64,000 nt of DNA from a virus. Position 1 is the stretch's first letter. Every line of letters begins with the position of its first letter. Shown in pieces: positions 31,701 to 38,400 of the stretch. The notes beneath the pieces were generated by a model. That model was given only the letters and a program-made list of their open reading frames with translations, searched no databases and was not told the origin of the DNA. A program made the position numbers and the translations under genes. The stretch covers positions 32,001 through 96,000 of IMG/VR virus record IMGVR_UViG_3300025057_000003; one strand, 5' to 3'.

Positions 31701-34700
31701 ATGGTGAGTTCTTTGAGTATAAAAACAACTTTGAAGACTATGTAAGATATATTAATAAAAAAGTTAAGAAGAAAGGAAGTACTTATGCTGAAGCTGCAAT
31801 GAAAGCTAAGAAAAGAAAAGGTAAACTTTTATCTGACGCAAAGTTTGAAGCAGCTAAAAAAAGAGGTTTTGATGTTCAGGCAATTCATGCTTTAAGAATA
31901 TTAAACCTTCCTTTAACTAAACCAGAATACAATAAATATGTAGAAACAACAGGAAGAGCTCCTTTTGCGGCAGGGTATAATAATGAAATATTAGATGTTA
32001 AGTTTAGGCTTATGGGTCATGATGGTGTAACAACTTCTGCAGATGGAAGTACGCCTATTTCATATGAAGCAGCGAATCTTTTACCATTAACTAACCCTAA
32101 AGATAGAACTGGCGTTTGGGAAATGATACAGACTGAAATGCCTGAGTTAGCTGAAACATTAGCTGAAGACAATTTAGATATAAATAATTTACGTGGTAAG
32201 GGTATATCATTTGGAAATAATAAAGAGGGAGCCAAATCTATTGGTGCTGCTGTACTACCAAATTTGTATCTAAGTTTAATGCAAGAGGTAGATATAAGAT
32301 TAGCTAAAGGTAGAGGCTATGAATTAAACTTGGGTGGTCAAGTATATGATGGTTTTTATAATTATGATCCAATAAAAAAACAGGCTAGAACTAGAGAATT
32401 ACTAGAAGATGGATCAGAAGGTTTTAGAAAACAATATATTATATCTGCTTTGATTACAGCTATGACCGATAACGCCAAAGAAAGACTTGCAAAAAAATTA
32501 GGTCTTAGTCAAAATGGTTTAGGTATTGTAACTGCTATGACAGCAATGGGTGTTCCAATTAAAACATCAATAGGAATGATGAATCATCCTATAATAAGAA
32601 GAGCATATGAATTAGAAAAAAGAGCTCCTGAATTTGAATTTGATGTTAAAGAACATATTGAAGAAAAAATAACAAGCTTAAAACTTGCCGGTAATCAATA
32701 TGAATTATTTGAAGATGATGTTTCTGTTGGTGTAAATCAAGATAATCTAATAAAAGCTGTTAATGAACCAATGCTTTCATTTAGAAATGATGGAGAGTTG
32801 GAGCAAAAGTTAGATAACTTAGAAGAGTTTGAATTAGAAGATATAGGAAATAAAATGCTATTAGATATAGCAATATTAGAAGAGTTCCTAAAGGCATATG
32901 ATATTGCATCATTCTTAAGACCAGTTGGAGATTTATTAAATTTATCAAAAGGTTTTGGTGTAGATACAGCTTCTATTGCTAAAGTTAAAAAAGCAAGACA
33001 AAAATTAAAGCTTGATTTAACTGATCAAGAGATGGCAAAGTTACCTCCAAACGAGGTTCCAATGTTTGATCTTAGAAAAGTATTTAGCAGTGATAGATGG
33101 CAAACAACAATGCTAGATATATATGATGAGTTTGTTGATAGCTTACTACCGAAAGTATTTCTTAATGAAAGCAAACCTTTTAATAATATATTTACATCTT
33201 TTCAAGATAACTTTAAATATCTAAACAAAGAAGATAGAGCTATGGTAGAAAAAGATCTTCTATCATATATAACTATTTCTGGTTACATGCATTGGTTAGG
33301 TCAGAATAAATCTTCTGTTTTAGGCATGCCTACAAATAAATTAATTTATCCTGAAGAAGGTCAAACTGATATTGTAGACGTATATGAAAAACTTAAAACT
33401 GTAAATGGAGAAAAGTATAATTATTTCTTAGATGGTTTTGTGAGACCTGAGAGAGCAACTGATCCTGGTAATAAAACAGGTATTAGCATGCTAACTTCAA
33501 ATACATTAACAACTTTAAATGATTCACAAAGGATAGATGTACAAAATGGATTTAAAGAGTTGTTTGTAGATCCTGCAACTAGATATGGTGCAATGCAGGT
33601 GCTTAATTATATGATAGTTAAAGATGGTCTACAACCTTTATATAGAAGTATAATGAATGCAGTTGATCCAGAAATGTTTGCAGAATATTTAGGGACATTA
33701 CCAAATACATCAAATGTCTTTGCAACTATGAGTGAAGCTCAAATGCAAAGTAATTTTGGAATGTCATTTAAAGAGTTAAAGCTTAACTTCTTAAAAGAAT
33801 ATGGTCTTCATCCAAAAACTGCAAGATTATTAAAATCAGGATGGGCTCCTAAAGAACTTGTACTAAATTCTAAAGCATTCTTTACACAGAGTTTTGGAGA
33901 GTTTAAAAAGTCCACTGTAGAAAATAATCCAGATAAGCTTTTTGTAATATTTGATAATCAAGCAGGTGTTGGATCTTCAAATAACAAAGAGGTTAGAGAC
34001 TATCCTAATGTAATAAGCATTAATATTAAAAAGAATGCCGGTAGTGCTGAAACAGATTTCTATAATAAAGAAGAAGAATCTGCAGCAATACAACATATGG
34101 AAGCTATGATGGCTTACTTAGAACAAGCAGCAGAAGGTTATGATTCTGTAGTAATACAAGATAGAATAGCTGAAGAAGAGTTAAAAGGTATATTAAAATA
34201 CACTCCGAATTTTCATGAAAACTTATTAAGTAAATTAGATAAGTTAGTTGGTTATAAACCAAAAGGCTTGACAGATAAAGACAAGAAGTCTGAAAGAAAG
34301 GCTGTAAATATAGCGGCAAAAAAGAAATCTGTGTTTATAAATAATACCGTATCTGGTAGAGCTGTATTAACTGTAGATATAGAAAAAGGTTTGAGCGGAT
34401 CAGTAAATCCTTCTTTTAAAAATACAGATGATTTGTTTGCTGAAAGAAAACTTGCAGACCCTAAAAAGAAAGGTTTTGAATTTACAACAAGAAGTCAGCA
34501 AATAGCAACAGCTAAGACTATATTTCAAATTGATAGTATTCCAGAAGGAAAGTATGTTCAGTATGTTGCAACATTCCCACAGACAATAAGAGTAAATGTA
34601 GAGGGTGAAGGAAACAAATATTTTCAGTTGGTTAGATATGCTGGACCTGCATATGGAGAAATAGGACCTGGATTGTCTAGAGGTACAGCTCTTGGTACAT

Positions 34701-35461
34701 ATGCTCAATATGTTGAAGTAGATATTATGGGATCATCTGCTCAGACACCAATTGGGTTTATATTTGGAGAAAGACAAACAAATGATAAGATTAAGGAAAT
34801 AGTATCTATAGCTAATGAACCACAGATAGAACAGGGTGGTGAAATAGATAATGAATCTTATGAGTATGGAACCATAGAGGTAATTGATAGAAAAATGGAG
34901 GATCTTTATAATAAGACTCTTGAAACAATGAGAAGACAAGCTGAAGAAGGCGGAGGTTTAATAACTAAAGCTGTGGTTGAACAAACTGAAAAGGCTGGAA
35001 TACAAGCTTGGATAAATATGAGTTTAAGTGGAATACCTAGTAAAGAAGTTGTAGCTGTTATAAATGAATTTAATAATGGCGATAGTGCAGATGTATCATA
35101 TGACTCTGAAACAAAAACTGTAAAAATAGATACTGAGAATATGACAAAATCAGGAAGTTTTAAATTTGATACAGGTGAGTCAATGACTGAAGAAAATATA
35201 GATTTATCTAAAATAGATACAAGTAATATGAAAAAGACTAGTTTTAATCTTGGAGAAACTAGTGATACACAAGGTATACCAGAAGATATTACTGAGGAAA
35301 AAGTAGAAGAGTTTTGGGATAGTTTAGCAATCCCTCAAAAAACAAAATTAAAAGAGTTATATAAAATTAATAACTTAGAAGATCTTATTAAAGAAAGTAA
35401 GAAATCATATTATCAAAATATAGATCAATTCATTGAAGAAATAAATTCATGTTTTAAATAG
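19766..35461 (+). CDS. Giant virion-associated DNA-dependent RNA polymerase polyprotein with zincin metallopeptidase domain
   Basis: About 5230 aa (ATG at 19766 preferred over TTG at 19727). Catalytic-type motif SGADFDIDK (31643-31666) preceded by GIRIPSQ (~31532) and followed by AMTDNAKE, matching the crAss-like/phi14:2-type DFDID RNAP. Zincin HEAFH (26378-26392) with downstream EEYMADEF. Confidence 0.9.
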   Translation: MSNLDNTVFNNEIANTPVGVPPDQFTFETISDLEIPADLEAFDEAVDPQYQAMLNSASDEINKTIASPIANMNNLPGAAGGRYNPAAQQEIPSPDTMEGKIRLFQNINKRTPQISKTDNIFGDNTVNIKDPTYSGIAATQFDRYYAHPAFSRLGFRPYRNNEEFYNTHSSGWEDAQRMFGQLNKLMGTGYLSSYRSWFEDDVMDLKSAIEYEDAVRIGSSSRGGFGAGLNNFVLNSGYTLGIIGSIAVEELAMWGATVALGLATPVTGGASGAAAVATGTAAAARTAYNAGRLAKAFRSIGQSFKIGKAFQATRTMVNSFKNIDKVRDLHSAVRGTGNVLGKILAPETVRAFKQLNSAKKAGENITNMAKVSKTIGGFYRDLRSMNFALSEGRMEGGSVYKEQWEKEFIIALDKNREAGLGDNLSYEQLQGVNERAKAAALTTTLFNAPVIYLSNQLLLGNAFGGYKRSINQIAREGIEGAASRVIRGKAATKVIKDTVKKQAGKEAGKQGKRQVQKQLYESVEDGFMNWRSTLKKVKSAGLRGGATMAGAAALRFTANNLSEGIQEVYQEAVAEGIKDYYTNLAFDPLAGGSDMFNASLSHGIKSQMSAQGLHTFASGFFMSTLVGGPQKLIFQTMPELYQATFNKEQYQNYKAQKEAEVTRIVDSMNEYGDALAQDPTNLFGLEKMQYATQKQAAEAMEEAQANDDLMGFIDMKDHAKFHNMFTLFETGKTDFFKEQLEDYLSLTDQELAEAFPDRKADAKSGKLRNSIQNQITKLDKMEQWFAQNKDKIQVTAKPENFEKGSREHQDEQIKFLAQRHAKYLYLFTKDGFERAAERTDAIYEKLATDPIIKDLAANDLTVFLTKDALLTEIGQLKGEVEILGDPGSKQAKKQKEKKLAHLEKIADVLYNEEYLNKDGSFDKRRIGKLMPLIGAYLDDVAKTRNGFVDNEMLLDTVKSIIDHNHLSVRQAMYDRALRVMTDPAYLDDLLTAGKLYFKFAYENRKALFREAIEKFINKQEINQLLNALADLGVYPDMDSTILFSQTGDPKDLGSFYNAEGIVNKVDDPELYEKIENAIDIYRQTATDALKKAAEKAKKEAEEEAKARTAEKASSSVDQILAEEGVDAPESKIIGKTKEESPVLDQTLQRLFSEMKALGLKKGFTINPSWEKFLESDLAKEHITAYNGLKKLWYQTLTALPEEERMNRFNKDIGFIDWLKLQGTNDLVQKVLAESAIGVGAIRIQAFIPEVEAEIRSDEKREVDSKTSDSINIQTRLIFDHSTGEQTTIFILTDKNNNIIDEEIYTSVGIDPIRANAGFRTRKEANDAIKLMANLVPVTASFTFDGQTLTYADVVEDINTKKKYVIISDANTVDRYGNLLLMKIEDIGKLNPKQAIAKAVKSKELNLSEGDFQKRFATEQLNAGIASLPANVTKLNVREATRLIPHRTNFDTNFPENEELARRRYDFIIKNLTPEQLKQLKVKVRVRPDGGKDIGYVKFEDKAANPFIKKTRAPYDIEIIVPDEILSPILEKLPKEIKKPEGNALGYIPNGNVVLLDRTNGTVINPLSITADQVKDLFDITGSSKEQAAEDIKQNFAIQFTIMNSIAEKLGDSAEMEMSLEDIGGVNFFSTPGAMLFDGIDKPVNDLNIRTVDGLTIILENTKLKNGKVATRLIHNGERGEGPTLQRKIKNEMDAQNPNLYEGATGTSRYTMVVKSASGVYSYFPVKTPPLSDESLQTIADTLIKRSVETAKENFTLEGKGKTQKTKLKNLQYNSTFNADLNSNESQDIPKFYIAGKPGYTFELAVTANGSVSIKVYDRKLQQSQYVGLSAEDVATYAESENKADFIKALITNYNDYLSNLDPEKVDTKKKAFFTNLKKNGALKENALKESFEELAPAEEISDAVTTQVGPSVRKKSALVANISGVDSQNIKSTPIISRTTSGVFTPSERFTDAQGKPIPKGPAMTTSTESLNIAGEIGSLEQLSDDEFTELQSKDFLTLTKDQQEYLAKRVATLKQEELTDRELTVLSSPASSLINVRAQAYKINEGQPKSNATSASTIENQKKEVSLEKQLEDLKSQLDARMNQVKENNSDLFGLALIKAIQQDSTVKSLEKKIQEVRLKQGGANKISDDLSLDDVRHIDEFAAWAASNLPEFITLDNIATLTDNMKSGGERVGAFVMSLEKIAGKERIGGKLYVGATSKYAYHEAFHSVFRLLLTKEQQEQYYKLAKKEVLAKLRGEGKSLKEEIEGLRNTDIAKYKDYSNDRMEKEYLEEYMADEFEVFKQSPRKTKTDSWIKSLFNKILEWIRNVLGNFNGPQLSLLYKDISSGKYRQAEVVSNPFTDDLFSGATIDASKLIRYKKEVLENGKELYKNLPNKQSVGIISSIAARVVDLEMKNESADFDIKDAVKKSIELYKDLYNPDNAQYRNLSIQQLLDVGNIYEAFTNYDKDILESVVDTLAIYDIKLEVIEELDEENEVEYGLRTTEQYGKDASQIGGARSLSSFLRKYIASTTLSEKDEFGNEYLSNGERLIVPVDFSVAYSGFLKAAAGTTDPIRILQKLYIFSQNNPQTRAIVERLYGDLNLVWEDQLEDGIIPAETSNNLLFQSMLKGFENFKIDYLFLHTNTKDGSVVGYSAANRDDAHTQIERWETEYKHRRRLYLADPKLKEEASDELARLLEFINTDQPINKMTNVKLAEVSKNISEALAKTMGIKLHPDYIAYTIANNITKPTKYQSALLESQKDVILIDPEAIMYMKQQFDGDADLMSQAEDEGVYNRLRRLGLGNAMFDETVGASVFKNANGDLVYSHQLPTMHLKKMAELNDIVSDPTKVAELIENEPYVATNYLLNDPAFRQMAKEGLLKITRISGSKSSKGIEVDSDGGVIEGYDRNEKGTVYGDYDPKQFLASLLSAYISGVNPKSGRLQAGVIPEGQDDMVALAPVLLRVIEASNTGDLSALPIIKAVEENAKGEAQITDQALDAYVKNITAEFDRIQRELNPYTKTKNLKPGYNADKKGQKPDLNGRAYRFANNKLILTPSNSITPDVESGKLLDSSSTITRIREGSQKLFIKTDAAAVAMGFFAEGESTNLEIGIGEETKVGKGKRRVFKQAAKDKSTFHRVKLIGKKSVNNLTLFNVEDMLGEAISDKKTNTHTKEVEIGNQTRWVESDAMKAFLLGEKEFFVYEVIENDLTNLTDEELDILEKEAVDQEDYAKAKEIADLRSYGEINYASELERILKEHAKEQEGKSEEDYETLTLEEALSKIPSDKDINLDSLKAFITERIDQEFKQFNKDINNEFYRVEEDGSVYLDLPRFISTGLKRNENSTGSEAAFENANQKLNLTNNRTHNLKQIFINDWINTTAINDLLLGDQAVSLKDGVDAVKRAKMQNAAYYSAASRISSKKHNVLNPLQKISMFAVTDPIASSIHTKENIEQADAQNWMTVKAFRYMWFGFGKLTETQSKLLDKIEAGAEISVEEIFGAAGAVKKQEMLNSKKLVYGDGKVFDKFSVIPLSKAMTSMKDKNGNWIAKPGREILHNMRVKMEQYEQDQLDQGIDTVAMVAPLSALKMMKENVSLIDDLVNPNETIIQSQGKGTDAQYMGRSLSYEAVKSGKPNRLTTDNVMDLDANYMGLQVLNPSNKEEIIDPTQIKTLLTGEQDDKATVRIDGEVVSIGALRKRYNELVSARLTQKYIDKRNLIFDIDPEYAMDQLHKSIEAKKITPDLYSFLNYAQTSLLASQSSSQLLEFFSFDEDGNPTFDFVQDSPMVEAKFKQLFLSYFSKGVMAEKIPGTGAALLSDYGFSQYRKVYSVDENNYIDRQEIIRTNDFAQNYSMSDVQMEGNDVLDLSNDDKFDVLAQRVNKLKKGEFIIVKDRLRPNMKEYNIKGEYTGVKYSEALMPAHSKEVYENLDLLKPDAAIPDSVGKMFGIRIPSQDNHSTINVKVVDFLPVFNGSTIVASRELVEVSGADFDIDKLYLQMKEYYLKDGEFFEYKNNFEDYVRYINKKVKKKGSTYAEAAMKAKKRKGKLLSDAKFEAAKKRGFDVQAIHALRILNLPLTKPEYNKYVETTGRAPFAAGYNNEILDVKFRLMGHDGVTTSADGSTPISYEAANLLPLTNPKDRTGVWEMIQTEMPELAETLAEDNLDINNLRGKGISFGNNKEGAKSIGAAVLPNLYLSLMQEVDIRLAKGRGYELNLGGQVYDGFYNYDPIKKQARTRELLEDGSEGFRKQYIISALITAMTDNAKERLAKKLGLSQNGLGIVTAMTAMGVPIKTSIGMMNHPIIRRAYELEKRAPEFEFDVKEHIEEKITSLKLAGNQYELFEDDVSVGVNQDNLIKAVNEPMLSFRNDGELEQKLDNLEEFELEDIGNKMLLDIAILEEFLKAYDIASFLRPVGDLLNLSKGFGVDTASIAKVKKARQKLKLDLTDQEMAKLPPNEVPMFDLRKVFSSDRWQTTMLDIYDEFVDSLLPKVFLNESKPFNNIFTSFQDNFKYLNKEDRAMVEKDLLSYITISGYMHWLGQNKSSVLGMPTNKLIYPEEGQTDIVDVYEKLKTVNGEKYNYFLDGFVRPERATDPGNKTGISMLTSNTLTTLNDSQRIDVQNGFKELFVDPATRYGAMQVLNYMIVKDGLQPLYRSIMNAVDPEMFAEYLGTLPNTSNVFATMSEAQMQSNFGMSFKELKLNFLKEYGLHPKTARLLKSGWAPKELVLNSKAFFTQSFGEFKKSTVENNPDKLFVIFDNQAGVGSSNNKEVRDYPNVISINIKKNAGSAETDFYNKEEESAAIQHMEAMMAYLEQAAEGYDSVVIQDRIAEEELKGILKYTPNFHENLLSKLDKLVGYKPKGLTDKDKKSERKAVNIAAKKKSVFINNTVSGRAVLTVDIEKGLSGSVNPSFKNTDDLFAERKLADPKKKGFEFTTRSQQIATAKTIFQIDSIPEGKYVQYVATFPQTIRVNVEGEGNKYFQLVRYAGPAYGEIGPGLSRGTALGTYAQYVEVDIMGSSAQTPIGFIFGERQTNDKIKEIVSIANEPQIEQGGEIDNESYEYGTIEVIDRKMEDLYNKTLETMRRQAEEGGGLITKAVVEQTEKAGIQAWINMSLSGIPSKEVVAVINEFNNGDSADVSYDSETKTVKIDTENMTKSGSFKFDTGESMTEENIDLSKIDTSNMKKTSFNLGETSDTQGIPEDITEEKVEEFWDSLAIPQKTKLKELYKINNLEDLIKESKKSYYQNIDQFIEEINSCFK

Positions 35462-35463
35462 TT

Positions 35464-38400
35464 ATGGCAGTAAGATGTATAAATAAAAATCTAAGTGAGT
35501 TTACTGATATTGCAGATGCTTTAGGATCAGCAATACAAGCAAACAGTTTAATTGTAAGATGGCAGGATTCAAATAAAACAGATGCACTTCCTACTGTAAA
35601 GGAGGCCCTGGATTTTAATAAATCCACAATGGCTAATCATAATTTAAAAACAAAAGAGTTTGCGGGATCACTATATGGAAACTTAACTAGACTTGGTATA
35701 ATTTCTAAATATCATGGTAGTTATTATATTGTTTCATCTAGAAACAGGGTATTTGATCCTTCTATACGTGACTTCAACTTAAGAAGATTGTACAGCTATT
35801 TAAGAGTTAATAACATACCAAAAGAATCTATTGTTACAATGCAAAAAGGCAAAGGTCTAGCAATAGAAATAAAGGATAATGTTTTTACTCCTAGGGATAT
35901 ATTACCAGCAACTAGAGGATTTAATACACCTCATTCAAGAGAAGTAGTAAGACATCTTATGCGGATGTTCCCACAGGTAAGCATAACAATGCTATCCGTA
36001 TCTAAAGCTAAAATATTATATGATTCTTTACCTGATAGTCAAAAAGCTAATGTACCATTTGACCAGGTTAATTCTTTTTATGTAGATGGTCAAGCCGTCT
36101 TAATAAAAGGTAGGGTTACTGATGATGTGGCTATAGAAGAAATGTTACATCCTTTTATAGATAGTGTATATGTAGAAAATCAAGAACTATTTAATAATCT
36201 TTTAGAAGAGTCAAGAAAAAACTTTCCTCAGCTAAGGCAAGAGATTAATGATGCTTATTCAGACAAAAGAGGATTTACTCAAAAGCATAGAGATCTTGAA
36301 TTAGTTACTCAAGCTTTAAGTAGGCATTTTAACAAAGAGTATAAACAAAATGAAACTAAATCATTTAAAGATGCAGTTAAGCAGTTCTTGAATTGGTTCA
36401 TGGAAATTATTCAAAACTTATCTGAATACTTAACGGGTAAACCTCTTGGTGCTAGATCTATATCAGCTAAGGCTAACTTAACAGATATAGCTAAGTTATT
36501 AAATACATCAGATATTCAATTTAAACTTGAAAAAGTTGCGGATAGAAAAGTTAGATATAACCTAACTGGTACCGCAAAAATAGCATATGATAATGCAATT
36601 GGTTCTTCAAATGCTGTACAAAAACAAATAATAGAAACTTTATTTCATGCTGCTGTACATTCTCCAGAAAACATAGGAAATCTTGCAGCAACTACTTTAG
36701 AAGATGGAGCGCCAATTTTAGTTTTAGATGAAGCAACTCATACATATCAAGACTTAAATAATTTGACAAGACCTTGGATGAGCACTACAACTGCAATTAA
36801 AGGTAAAATGTCAAAAGAGCAAGAAGAAAAATACAAGTTAAATAGAGAACTTGGAAATGACTTTGATAATTTATTAAATGCACTATCTGCAGGTTTAAGT
36901 GTAGAAGATGTAGTTAATGAAATGAAAATTCTTGATGATCAGCAAGCTAGAGATGCATACAATGATTTATCAGATCAGTTAGAGATATTAAAGACAACAC
37001 CGCAAGGAAAGGCAATTGCTCTTCCACAGGTTGTAGTATATGATGATGCAACTGGTATGGCTGGTACTATTGACTTATTATTAATAGAGCCAAATGGAAC
37101 ATTGAGAATAGTAGATCTTAAGACTTCAAAAAATGGACTTAAGGATTATTCAGGATATACGCAAAGAACATTGAAGTATGATACACAATGGGATTTATCT
37201 GAAGAAAGTCAAATTAGACAAAAACTTGGCGTAACTAGATTATCAACCAGACAACAGCATAATACACAAGTAAATGTGTATAGAAGAATGTTGGAAAATA
37301 TGGGTTATACCATATCAACAAATGATAATGCTACGTCTACAATTCATGTTAAAGTAGATGTAAAAGGTGAAGGAAAGAAGCAAGAATTTAAAGGCACATT
37401 TAAAGTTGAAGAGTCTAGGGAGCACCCGATAGATCAAAATAAAGAATATGTAGATGCAATTGTTCCTTCTAATGTAAATGAAAATAGAAAGTCTAAGATA
37501 GATGAAGCCATGGATGGTTCACCAGAATCTTATGATCATTCATTTAAGCTAAACAATTTAACAAAAGAAGAGCAAGTTCCAGATGATAGTGTTATACAAG
37601 ATCCTGAATTTGCTATTGTAACTCAAGCTTTAAAAACTTATCAATTAGGATTAATAAAAAAGAATGATGCCATTGATCAGTTGAATAAACAAGTATATTT
37701 AGGTAGACATAAAACAACAGCAGATCTTCAAGAGCAAATATTAAATTCAATTAGTGCTATTAATGTTGCGCTAAGTTCTGCCCCACAAGCTAGATCTAGA
37801 ATATATTCTTCATTGCTTAGAGATGCTTTGGCTCAAATGAGAGAGTTTAAATCATATGTCCAAGATCCAAAAAACTTTGGTAAACCTGAGTATATAACTT
37901 ATGTTTTAAATTTTAATAATTTCTTAGGTACTTTCCAGGGTCTATATACACTGCAAGATTCTTCAGAGTTAAACGGCACTCAAAAAAGTTTAGTACTAAA
38001 CCTACAAACTGAAGCTAATGGTTTAGTGGGTGTTGGAAATTTTGATAATTATAAAGAAGGTATTATTGATAGAGCTATTCAGGATTATGTAAGAACTGTT
38101 GTTAAAGACAAGAGTAAAAAAGATATGACTGATGATGAGCTAGATAGAATAATGAAGATTGGAGAAGAAATTGGAATCATGGATCTAGGTACTAGAGATA
38201 TGGCTACACAGCGGGATACACTTCTTGCTATAATGGATAAAATATATAAGGCCAAGAAACAAGAACTTCTAGATAAAATACAAACACGAGAGGATTCAAT
38301 TAGAAGAACAGCATTAAAGTTGCAAAAATTAGCTCCTGAAAAAGATGCTCAAAAGATGTTTGACTTTATGCTTGTATTTGATGAGAATGGTGAATTTACA

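Noticed and set aside
202-34939. Short antisense or alternate-frame ORFs in the track nested in the large + strand genes (e.g. 6516..7067, 15155..15508, 22189..22497, 26529..26855)
   Set aside because: Fully nested shadows of long coding genes with no recognisable motifs.
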